Positions 38,664 to 51,111 of a stretch of DNA of 64,000 bases are shown here, one piece after another. A model generated the notes under the pieces. That model saw nothing but the letters and a program-made list of their open reading frames with translations. It did no database searches and was not told the DNA's origin. Position 1 is the first letter of the stretch; each line of letters starts with the position of its first letter. Source of the DNA: Ptychomitrium polyphyllum (taxonomy: Eukaryota); NCBI GenBank assembly GCA_973851085.1, contig OZ316775.1, positions 8,060,001-8,124,000 of the forward strand, in the 5' to 3' direction. Both the position numbers and the translations under genes were made by a program.

Positions 38664-40800
38664 TGTTTCTTTAGGATGGTTTTTTAGATTAATTTGAATT
38701 TCTATCTCAGTAATGCAGGGATGTTTGATATTCTTTTGAGGTTAATATAATCTTTTATGAGTATAATATAAAGTTTTAGGAGTATAGGCATTATGTTTTG
38801 TAAAATTTTTTTGTGTCACATATTGGAAAAGTTGGGGCTATGGTGCTAAGATGGAAAGAAGCATTTAATTGAAATCTCTTGATTTGGATGGCATTGGTCA
38901 ATTATTAGTTTATGAGTTGGAATTTAGTTAGTTCAATTAACTTGGTTTGGTTTGGTTTGGTGATGATTTTATTGAAGGTTTTATTTTTAGGTTTTATTTA
39001 TAGGTCTGCACTTGATCACAGCTTTGTGATAGAAGCCATTCTTATTTGATTAAAAGATTAGGATTAAAATTAATATAAAACTATCAAAAATTTAGGTGTT
39101 TTTGATTGAAATTGATATTTTAATGAATTTGTACTATTAGTTATTTTTAACCGTATACAAAGGCTTTTTAATACTTATTATGGTGATACATATTAAAAAG
39201 TGTTTATATGGATGTTTATTGGAAATCTTTGTTATATGTAGATATAATGTTTATCCTCTTTAAACTTTGTGAGTCACCATAGTAGTGCTTATGTTACTAA
39301 CTTTAATTCGTTTAAATTTTTTTGGCACTACATGAGAATTTATTTCTAAATTATAGTTTTTAAAAAAAAAAAAAATTATAGAAAGGAAGAAAATTAAATT
39401 TAGAATAACAATGTTTTAGAGAGGTTATCATAAATGAAATATATTTTGTATTACAATTTAGCTTCACATATGTAGGACATAAGATAGGAGTGTAGATGTA
39501 TTTCTTTTTTTGCAAGAAGTAGATATTGTAATAAGCAAGAATTTATGTGAATATTTTTTGAAGGTAAGACAAGGAGTACTACATATAGGAGGGACGAAGG
39601 TCTTTTCACATCCACAAGAGGTTTTGATTCTAGAAATAGTTTGTAGATTCATATATGGCTTCACAGTTGACGCTCCAAAAATGATGCATGTACGGCTTAG
39701 CTACATTCTATTTCTAAGATGAACGGCAGAGGTACACGTTGGAGGATGACGGATTCAATGGCCTCTTCCTTACGCTTCGTCAGAAGAACCTGCGCAGTTG
39801 TACACAATCCGTATCTCTACTGTGGAGGTTGGTAGTACCGGCCTCATGAAAGGGCCGCTATAAAATCAGAAGTTGCCGGCGCCGGTATCAGTATGAGGAC
39901 GAACGACGCCCGCCACCTTCATCCCGGATGATCTCGTGCTTGAAGCAGCTGGCCCGAGCTTGAAGTTGAAGTTTCCGTCCACGGCGCGCCGTCCGTCCCC
40001 TCTCCCTATGAGCGTCCACAAAGCGAAGTCAGCCGTCGCTGTCATCTAGAGAAAAGTTGAACTAACTCTCCCGCCCTCTCATGGGAGGCCAATAATCAAA
40101 ACCGTCATCCCACCAATAAGCACTACTCTCTACGCATTTCGTACAGTTAAGTCCATGAGATATCAAGAACTCTTAGATATTGTTGATGCTCTCACGTATT
40201 GTTTCGGTTTAGTGAACGCCTCCATCACCAAATACCAAGAATGTCTACCAAGAGGATACCTTTGAGTCTCTAAAATCTTCAAATGGTATTGATGTTGTGC
40301 CTTGAGCCTACTGTGTCGCTTGTGTGTTCTTCTCTTCTCGCAGGTGCTGAATCCGTCCCCGTGTTTCCGTTTTCTTCACCTCCTTCGACCACCATCGGTC
40401 CACATCGCTCCATCATTTACACCTTCTTGTTTCTAGCAGGTCATATTTGCTACAAATTCTATTTTGGCAACCAGAACTGTAGTTTCTAGAGGAAGGTGCA
40501 GCTTTTTGAAAGAAAACCGTGCGTTGTGGAAGAGAATGCCCTCTGTGTAGTGTTGGTCCAGTTGCTAGTTAGGTTCTGCTCTGTCTTGCAGCTGCATTGC
40601 TACTTAGTCTTGGTTCTTGTCAATTTCAGGTTTTTAGCAACGAATTAATGCATCGAGTCTGCATTTTAAGAAGTAACTGTGGAAAATATCTGTTCCGGAG
40701 TTTTGTTGTTGTGCGGTTGTTAGGTTGTTGTTGCCTACAAATGCCTCCGTGACGTGGAATCGAGCAGTTTTGCTTGCTTGTAGTAGTGAATTGGAGACTG

Positions 40801-43800
40801 ATGGAGTTCGATGATGAGATTGTTGAGGAGGCCTTGGCGGCAGGATCCTCTCAGGTGGCGGAAAAGCAGCGGAGCGTTGCCGAGATTATATTGTCCAGGA
40901 ATGATGAAGCAATACTGGAAGCGTTCGAGAGGCGGTGTAGGGATGGGAGTCCTGGTCAAGCGATATTGGACTACACGCGAGCATTATTTGGTTTCTTGAT
41001 GCCTTTGGTTGAGAGAGACGAATTTTCGAGACCTGCGAAGCTGTTAGTTCTGGTGGTGGTGCGCGTTCTTGAGTTGATAAATGAACAGAAGCTTAGTGCT
41101 GACAGGAAGGTGTTGGAATGCCTTTCGTTTTTTGCACAAGAGATGAGCGCATTGCCTTGTCGCCTTCTTCCATCGGTAGTGGAAGCGGTAGTGTCGAACC
41201 TCGAGATTAATAGAGGGAACGATGAAGGCAGGAGCCTAGATCTTCTCCCGAACTGCTTGTTATTGATATCATCGTCAACCGAGCCGGTGCTTGTGTCCGG
41301 AGGACAGGTATATGTTAATGGCTGGTAGGTTAATCACTTGAATTAAATACATTTTAATACAATTTGTGTTAATCTGTATTGTATCACCTTGTACAAGTTG
41401 TGCAGCACGATGGAATTGTTTGTAATCTCGTAGGCGTTATCGTCGTGTTTTATCGAGTGTGTGCACTGAGGCTATTTTCTTTCGCCGAAGTGATGAACTC
41501 AACCTTTACGCATTGTTTTCACAGTAGTCTTCTCGTTGCTTGCATCCAGGGAGATAACCTTCAGATTAGCGGAAGGGAGTACAAGGAATACATTGTCTCT
41601 CGTTTCTTAAAAATCCCGTGGTCCAAACGGCTACTAACAAGAATGGCGTGTATGTTAAGGGAGTTGCTCCTAGATTCGGAGCAGATCGAAGATTTCCTTA
41701 AGAAGATTTTTTGTCATATGAAGGAGGTTGAGCCCCAAGACTTGCCATCTCTAGTATACCAATTGGTGCTACTTGCTTCTCGTGGCCACAAACGTGCTAT
41801 CATTAGTGGCATTATGTCCTTCTTTAGCAAGTTGCAAACCTCTGAATTGCAAGAGCCTGCACAGAACGGATTAAAGAGCGGTAAGTTGTCATATTCAGTT
41901 TTAGGATTTAGGGTTTATCAGGCGCACAAAACAAGATCTATCGAACTGAAAACAATTTCAGTTCGAAAGATCTTTTTCTGCAGAGATGCTTGTGCGTTGA
42001 GAACGAGGCTTCATCGAATGGGCTCATAATATCAACGTCGAGAAGAACAGAAGATCTGAACATAGTTGAAGACTACTTATTGTGATCAAAGAGCAGATTT
42101 GACTGATTTCAGGTTTTGAGAAGTACTGAAAATTTTTGTTGTTTTTTGAGCAGGAGTGGACGTATTCCGTCAAGTGGAGGGAACTGTTGTTCTTCATATT
42201 AACTTTGCCGTTAAGCAGGATCCAGCCTTGGGGGCCGAATGGCTTGCTGTTGCTCGTTCTAGCCATGGAACAGTCAGTTCTTTCACGGTGGCTGTATTGT
42301 TATCCCTAGCTCGCATTCAAAGGTTCGAGCAACAATGTTTCGACATTCTTAAAGCGGCTGTGGTGAAGCCCTTTCAAGACTGTGAGAGGTGCAGGTATGG
42401 ATGACGCCTTGTATTCTACATCAGCTCACATGTTATTACTTGTTCGAGGGAGTATGACTCGAGAGCAATGTTGTGCTAAAGATCACGATGGCCAATTGAG
42501 GACCTTCTCATTTTAATCTTCTATCTGAATTTTGTCTACAGAGATTCATTATGGGCAATGTCAGTGCTGGGTGCGGCGTGTCTGCGGACTGCTAAAGACA
42601 GGGAATTATCTTTCATGCGTACGGTAAGTCTCAGACTGAGGCTGATGTATGAGATTTTCAAGCCTTACCTTTGTATTATTTGAAATTTAAGTGCGTACTC
42701 CACCTTTTCTGATACCATAGTATAGAATTAGCTTTAAATTAACTCTTCAGTCCTTCTGAGGGTCAAATTGGGAGCCTCCATTTTGTGAACCTTAGGCTTT
42801 GCCAAGCACAACATTATTGGCATACCATTAAAAATCATTGCAGATGATCTAATGATTTTACCTTTATTTGATATCACTATCTTCTACTGCAGGTTCAAAG
42901 CAGTGCATTTGGATGGGACCACATAATTCCTAGCGTTGTGCAGCTAGGCTTCCTCTTTATTGAATCAGGAGTTGGTGGTCGATCCATGTCTGCTCAGGAT
43001 GTCGGGCTTATAGAACGTGCTACAGATACTCAGGACTTGGGCTTAAAGTTGTTGGTGATAGCTTTTAAGGTGCATGAAATAGCACGTGATGAAGTAAGTG
43101 TTTTTTCCCTCTTTTGCTGGCCTTCTTGCGTCTTTTTATGTTAAGTAACCACCTCAAGACTGAATTAGTCATCCTGCTAAATATCTCTCTAAATGTTTGT
43201 ATTTATTATTGTTGTTGGTGAATCTGCTGTAGGTGTTTGTGTAAAATGCTTGAGATAATTTACAATTGTTGATGTTACTTGACAACGTACGCATATGTGG
43301 ACGTAGATTGTCATTGTACTCTATGAACAACCTGCAAGGCCAAGAGTTTTGAAATGCTTCTTTCTTCTACTGCACAGACTTTTTCCAGGAAGTTTGTTCT
43401 GCAATTTCTAATGTGGTGATCATTTTTGTTCTGCTCGTCTAGTCACCTTTCTTTATTTTCAGATAGATTATAAACTTCAAATGTGAGGGTTTCTGATAAA
43501 GGGCGGATTTCCTGTTTAGCTTAAGATTTTTTTTGGATTCTTGAATATGGAGGTTGAGTTCTGAAACATTGACGCTCGATGTTGTGTTTTCAGATCATTG
43601 AACAGAGTAAGTGTCGGATAATAGGTCTCAAGTCTCAACAAAGCGCTTTAATCATCAGGCAAGTCCCCGATTAGATTGGCACTCTATGCTCTTTTATTAG
43701 GAAAACTATCTGTACATGGTGATAGTTCTCACATTCATGAAAGAAACAACTATATCTGCTCCTTTATTGCCTTCGATTGGCAAAAACTGATATGGTTCGT

Positions 43801-46800
43801 GTCAGAATGAGGAGAGCTTGTCTTTTGTAGAAAATGACTAGGTTGAGCCAAGCCCAATACTTTGGTAATGACAATTGATTGATATTGAATGCATAGAATT
43901 TGTGTTGTACGTTTGTTCAAGTAGACCGTCTTATACAATTTCTGAACCAATTTGCTTGCATCTTATTGAAATTAGAAAATCTTATACCACTCTACAATTA
44001 GCTCTTGTCGCCTTTCTTGGTAATTAAGTTCATGTTCTTGCAGGATGTTGGCTGAGCTTGTGCACAAGTACCCCCATCTAATGTTAGACCATGGTTCACG
44101 TCTGAAGGAATGTCTAGACTACTTCACTTTCATGCGTAGTAATCCAGCTTCCTCTATCATTCGAGCGCTATGCCCGTTGTTTCAGCTTAGTCGAGATCTT
44201 CAGGTAAGCAATCATGGATAGAGGAAAGAATGAATCTGCTTAACATTAATGATTTTCTGCATCCAGGTTGCACTTAAAAAATTTATACTAAAAGGTTTCT
44301 TCTTTTCTTTTTGATACAGGATTACACTATTCTTGTATTAAGAAAAGCCATGTTCAGCCGAGAAGAAAGCACTCGCATGATTGCTGCACAAGGGCTTCTG
44401 GATCTGATTATTGCTGACAAACAAGTTCGTGTGCATATGAACCACAACTCGGAATCTGAGTCTTGGTTAAGAATGTCAATGAGTGAGGCAAGCTCTAGTC
44501 AGTCCGCCAGTCAACAAGTGCTCAGACGTGGAATAAGTGGACGCAATAAAAATCTTCTTCAGGAACTCCTTGGGCTGCTGCGACGCTGTCTTTCTCAGCA
44601 GGTATGTTACTCTCTAAGTTCTACAACAATCCTTTGTGATCAGGATTTGCGTGCTTTCTTGCATGGTACAGGGTATTTCCAACGTTATATCAGGGCGTTA
44701 GATATCAGGACGTTATATCTCCAACGTTTAGGCTCTTCGTGTCAGTCCTCATGTCCTTAATTGATTCCGAGTTTCCTTAGTATATCGTCCATCACACTGT
44801 CCTCTTGTCACTTGAGCTCCTGAAAAAATCGAAAGGATCAAGGAGTCCACTAGGTTGTTTTTGGGAGCTTCTGGACCTGTAGTAGAATCTAAATATCGTA
44901 CATTTTGTGCGGTTGCGTCTTAGTTTCCTCTGCAGATTGTCATGCATGCACCCATCTAATAAATTTGCATATGGTATGATCATGTGTTCCATGAAAGTTT
45001 CTTCTTTATTCGCGTTCAAATAACTTTCTTCACGTGTTCAACAGTTAACATCTGTTCACTAATTTACGTTGGTAGTGGTGCTTCTAGCATCTGTTACAAA
45101 TAATAGGACTCAAAATTCTCTAAAGTTACACTTGATTTTGGCGTTTGAGAAATGTCTCTTTGTGTTGTAGTTTAGAGTATTACCGTGGAACTAATACCTT
45201 CTTAAGTCTAAACAATCGCTGATTAAACCGCGTTCCCACCTGGCAGAATTTAATCAGTTCTCTGATCAGGTTTGTGTCAGGGAAATTCTGTACAGAAGAC
45301 TCCCCAGCCTGTTACTCGTGGATCCTGCTGCGGCTGAAGAAGTCTTTGATCTTGTATGGTCCCACTTCCGCAATTTCTTCGAGGAAAAAGAGGTAAGCAT
45401 CAGAGTATCAGGTATGTATTTAGCGCCTGTTAGTATAGATAACGAGCATGGATTGGACATAGAATCAAAGTTGGCGACAAGTGAAGAAGCTGGTCATGTA
45501 CTGTGTCGATTGATTACGATTGATATCATCACTTTAGACCCGGCCAATTCCTGGGCTACCCTACGTGGCATAGAAGTTATATTTGTCTTCAACTTATAGT
45601 GATTTTGTTGTGAATGCTCTCAGGATGGCGCTATTATTCTGAAGCTTAATGACTGTGTCGTTATCCGAAACATGAACTTGCATCTGGAAGAGCCTTTTGA
45701 TCATCTGCTCGCATGTGTCTATCAGTTACTAACCTTGCAGCCACAAAAGGCGCCTGGAGAAGATTCTTCAACTGCAGGAGACGCCTTTGGTTTCACATTC
45801 TCTGAAGATCAAGATGTAGGGCTCTCTGCTGATGAAGTTTTTGATGTCGTCTGCAATCGTTTCTAGTACGAAATCTAGTCTTGTTTTCCATTGACTTTGT
45901 ATATTTTACTTATGCAGAATATGGCTTGTAATCTTTGCTTTGATTACAGAAAAGTCAGTTATCAAGTGGTGAGTTACTTGGCGCAGCTTTCTCCAAGATT
46001 CGGAAAGTTGTACAGAGTAGTTCCCTAGGAGGTTGGTGTTTCTTATTGACTGCAACATAAGGCTGTTTTTGAGCTTCTTTTAAAAAGAAACTTTAGTGCT
46101 AATATTGGAGTTGCTTTTTAAAAAGAATCACGTATTAGTGCCTGCGTTTTATATGTTACATGGGTCCTGATGGTGTGAATCCATGGAGAACAATATTTTT
46201 TATTTGAAAACCCACTACTTCAAGAGGAAGGAGAGCGCATGCTTTCCAGCTGCTCTTAACTCTACTGGGGCGAGTTTTGAATTGGAACACTAAGGAGTGG
46301 TTTGTGATGGTCAGATTTTAAACTTGACAAAACTGAAAATTTTTCACTCGAGACGGTGGAGGGTGAGCGGAAACTGGAGCAAGGACGTCTTGTCTTGGGA
46401 GTGTTGGAGGTTCTAATAGACGCAGCTGTTTCGGAGTTGACTCACACAGATAAGGAGTCTCATCAGAACGAAATCAAAGAAGAACTAAAAAACCACCTTT
46501 CACTCTTTGATTCTCTTTACCAAATTGTCAATCAAAAGCAGCTTGTAAAAACATCTAAGCACCTGTTCAAAGCTGGTCCTACAGCTAAACCCCCGAGCGG
46601 GAGAGGTCGCAAGTCGGCAGAACCAGGAGCCCAAGCTGGAAATGTAGGACAAGGGAAACAAGTGAAGTTTCCAGTGCCCCGGGCAGTATTAGAAAAGCGA
46701 GTTCCATTTTTATCTGGTTCCTGCATTGCTTACCTTCTCCATACAGCCGTAGATCAGGAAGATCTTACACTTCTTTCTTTTGCACTTTCGAGCTGTTTTA

Positions 46801-49491
46801 GATACTTGAAGGGAATTTTTGGTGCGCCAGGAGTGGGAAAAGATGCCCTGACATCCATTGAATTACATGTTCAAGATTTGAAAGTGATAGCTAAACCACT
46901 TTTTAGGATCATACTTATGAACAAGATCGAGACTGCAACACCGCACTCTCCAACTGAAAATCCTCAGGAGAAACCAAAGAAGGGGAGGAAATTATCAGAG
47001 GACTTGGCCGAGGGACCCATGCTGAATGCTGTAAGATCTTTAGATACTCTTTGTAGAACAGCCTTACATAGAGACTGTCTGCCAGAAATACTGCGTGAGA
47101 TGAGTTTGAACTTTGATTCTGAGACGGATGACGAAGCACCGGATGGGTCTAATGTTCATGCCTTTGGAGTCATGGAAGGACGTGATGCAAAACTTTTACA
47201 TCACTGGATCTCCAATCATATTCAACCTCTGATTCAGGAGTTACTTGCTCGTTTGCAGTTCAAAGAGATAGAGGTATGGTTTAAAGACATCGAGTGTCAA
47301 TTTGAACAGTGCTTAAAGTTTATCGGCTTGAAAAGGTCTTGTTCGTTCTATATATTCGTTTCTTAATAGCTGATGCAATATGTTTGCGAAGCGGCCGTCT
47401 TACTCTCTGGTTGTTGTCTTCTCTTAGTATTCTATTAGGTCTTGTACTGGTCTAACTTGGAACGCATGGCGGTTCTTCGTGCTGTTTTGGTCTGATACTT
47501 CATGGTAGCCTTTCTTGGAAATTTTAGCGAGGTACGTAGCATTTATTCTTAGTTTGATGTTCGTTGAACATTAAACACTTTGGTTGCAGGTTTTGGCTAA
47601 ACTTATACTCCTGTTAGGGCGAAAATTACCTCCACTGTTGATGAAAAAACAAGCGGTGTGGGTTGCAAATCTCTGCAAAGAAAAGAGTGTATCAAACGTA
47701 GTGGCTGCTTCGGCATTGCTTAGTCTAGCCTTGTCCTTAAAGAATCCCCCAGAAGATCTTGTTTTGGCAAGAGGATTCTCTTTGGAACTGCAAAAGGTAA
47801 TGAATTTTGACGAATCTCAGCCGCAAGATTCATCCTGTGATTATCCAATCATTGATAGCACTACCATGACTGCGTTAGCTGGCTTACTCTTACAAAAAGG
47901 CGAGAAGGTTGTGAAGGATATGGAGTGGTTGGTTACAAAGATCAAAACACTGAAACCAGTGAGACGTGTCGAGTCTAGAAACACTAGGGCGGGATTCTTA
48001 GCAGCACCCAGGCGATTGCAATTGGAAGAAATGCTCTATACACGAATGGAGGCGGTGGTGCTCATGCTCTCAGACTTCTGCACTATGACCCTAGCAGGTA
48101 ACTCGTGTCTAGAAACATGTCCTCAGGTAGTCAAGTTGAACTTCTCAGAAGGGAGTGCAGAGGTTTCTGTTATCCCTCTAAGTCATGTATGTCACAATGA
48201 AGCTCACTAGTGCTGTGCAAGCTAGGGATCTTGCTGAATGGCACCTTGAGTGTTGTTATTTGGGACTCAGTCACCTATGCTGTGTTTGAACTCTTGTACG
48301 ATGAGGCTATATTGTTCACATGTTGATAATGAATCTGTGTAGGGGCACTGTCGGAGCACTTTTTGAAGTTTGCAACGCATCTGTACAAGTGCTTGGCAGC
48401 ATCTACGAAAATGTGTATTGCCACCAAAGGTTTTATTCAAATAATTCCCAGCGACCGGTTTCAAAAGCTGGCTGAAGTTACCTGCACAAAGCTGACAGCA
48501 CCGCTGTACATGTTATTGGCTGTCATGCAGCGGGTATGTTAACTACTAATGCCTATGGTCCCTCCCTCTCCTCTGTTTCTCCTACCACATGAATGTTCTG
48601 TATTGTAGTTGATTGGGCGCTAGTTTTACTGTCTTATATTTTGTTGTTTTTGGTCAAATGAAAATGAGGTCATTGCAACGGAGGCCAAAGTGGGATTAAA
48701 GTGGGATTAAAAAATCCCAGCTTGGCAGACTAAGTACATTTTTATGTGTTGTATACTGTATGCTGAGAGTGTATTTTCATGTTCAACTTATGTCCTTGCA
48801 ATGTGATTTACTCGATAATGGGCTGAATTTGCAGGACCAGCATGAGAATCAGTCAGCTTCGAAGATTAGACGAGAAGGAAGAACCATCCCGAACTTAATC
48901 TATCACATTGAGGATTACGAGCGGTATCTGATTCAGTTGAGTCGAATTACCAAGGTGAATCTTATGCGGCATGCAAAGCGTAGCACTGCACGTGATTTTA
49001 AGATCGAGGACACCGTCAAGAAGAAAACCAGAGCCGTGGCCCACAGAAGCGGAAGATTTTACGTAGGAACAAACGGGGGAGGAGCTCAGCCAGAACCGGC
49101 TGAGCCAGAAGAAGAGGGAGAAGAGCCAGAAGAAGAGCGGGAGGAAGAGGGGGAAGATGGAGGCGAAGAATTAGGAGAACAAGTTGAGGAAGGTGAAGAA
49201 GAGGAACATGAGAATGAGGAAGTCATGGATGAAGATGAAACGGAGGAGAATATAGTGGAAGACCTTGAGGCCGACGAGGTCGGTGCAGGCGATGGAGATC
49301 ACGAAGAAAATGATGCAGTGGTTGCAGATAGCGACGACGAGCCTGTGCACGCAGTTCCATCCCATACATCTGAAAGTCGACTCTCTAGAGGGTCAGTTCC
49401 TAAACGGAGGAGCAGAGTGGTAGCTTCAGGTGACGAATCTGATGACGAGCAACCTGTTTCCCTTCAAGTGTCCGCGAAAAGGCAGCGCTGA
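40801..49491 (+). CDS. FANCI: Fanconi anemia group I protein homologue (about 1526 aa)
   Basis: 15 exons: 40801-41307, 41550-41880, 42154-42394, 42542-42623, 42893-43093, 43594-43658, 44044-44203, 44320-44601, 45270-45392, 45624-45815, 45950-46031, 46315-47273, 47590-48097, 48343-48533, 48835-49491 (4581 nt, in frame). Motifs [43 protein letters not shown] (monoubiquitination Lys context), an SQ cluster, [12 protein letters not shown] and [10 protein letters not shown]. Confidence 0.92.
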
Positions 49492-51111
49492 TATCCGGTC
49501 TTCTAAAGAACACTTGTTCTTCTAAGGACCGACTTACAGATTTCTTCTTCGCATTGTTGGAGTTGATGCAGTCCATGTTCTTTAATGACCGAGTTCTGAA
49601 TATGGACCAGTTGACGATCAGTGCTCAGATTACTGTTGGCAACATGGAAGTTGGAGGTCCCTAACACTTTACTCAGTGCTCGTAGAACTTTGTCCATTTG
49701 AGATGTGTACAAAGTTTCAGACACAGACTAATCTTGAATATTCCAAATCACTCGCAGGCTCGTCATATGTCGCATTGTTGTGTGAACCTTGAGGATCTCA
49801 AACTACGACCGGACTCTCGATGCATGTGTGCACTACAGGTTGTATGATGCGTCTCCACATCAGAGCTTGGGTTCAATCTAACATTAAACAATCGGTCGTC
49901 GTCCTGATTACCAAACCTAGCTGAAGAGATAACGCCAAGCTACATAGGTGCAAACATTCTCCTGGATGCTAATTACTGAATTTCTAACGACCAAGCTTAC
50001 TGGAAACGTGACCTTCTCTGAACAGTACTTGATAATCTCTCACACCACACGGGTTTGAACAAAGCACTGTAGACGTTTTCATAAAAGCGTCCACTCTGCA
50101 TTGTCGATCGCTTTTGTTCACTTGTTCAAGATCTATTGATAAAAGTGGAACCAGACCTTGGCTGATTGGGTTCCCAACGCCAGCATCTGAAAGGAAATCA
50201 AGAATATTCTCTAGGAGGAGCTGAGGGGCAGCCACGCCACCACTGTCCCCGCAACTCGAGTCCTCGCCTCAGTCTGAGGTTCATTTTTAGGTAACTCTCG
50301 CTCGCTTTATTTTTGAATTGTTTGCTGACCTTCCCAGCTCCGGGCACGTTTAAGGCTCGCACCACTAAGACCAATATTTTCTCCACCGCGAGCGTCTCGG
50401 GTGTCTCCGTTGAGGGCTACACCCAATACCGTCACGATACATAAAACCCGCATCATCTACTCAAAGAAAACTTCTCACTTCATGAATCTAGACCTTGCAT
50501 AGACAAGCCGGTTTTAGACATAGTGACGGTCCGTCACTGTACATGAAGCAGGCAGATTATACAAGCGTAGTAGATCCGGAGAGTGGGGTGTCTGCCAGCG
50601 GCGGATAAGTGGTGGGATTAAGGGTGCAGCGGCGGAGTTCGGTGCTGGCGGGGGTTGTCTGGCAGGCTTTCTATTGCAGTGCTGGGCTGGGGCGAGGGCG
50701 ATGGGAGTATGGTGGTGGTCCACCCTGCTGCGCCATCACCATCTTCTGCCTCCGTGCTACGCTCCCCTCGCGTCTCTTTCCTCTTTTTCCAAGCGAGGGT
50801 TGTGAAGTTAGCTTTGTTGAGTGCGCATGGGAGGACTGGGTTTCCTTGTAGTGGAGACAGGCTGGTTTGCTTTTCAGCGTTCTGATTGACGGAGGGGGTT
50901 ATGTAAGGATTTTTGGGGCGGTTTTAGGCTACTTGGGTTTGTGGGTGGGAGGTTTCTGGAGGGGGAGGAATTGGGTCAGGTGTGGGAGTGGGGAGTTTTT
51001 GGGTGTGAGGGGTTTTGGAGAGGGGAGCTGGTTAGTTGGGGTTTGGTGTTAGCGTGGAGACGCGGGTTCCGCATCCGGGCGTGGAGCTGGAGGACGAAGT
51101 AGGAGAGGGGG

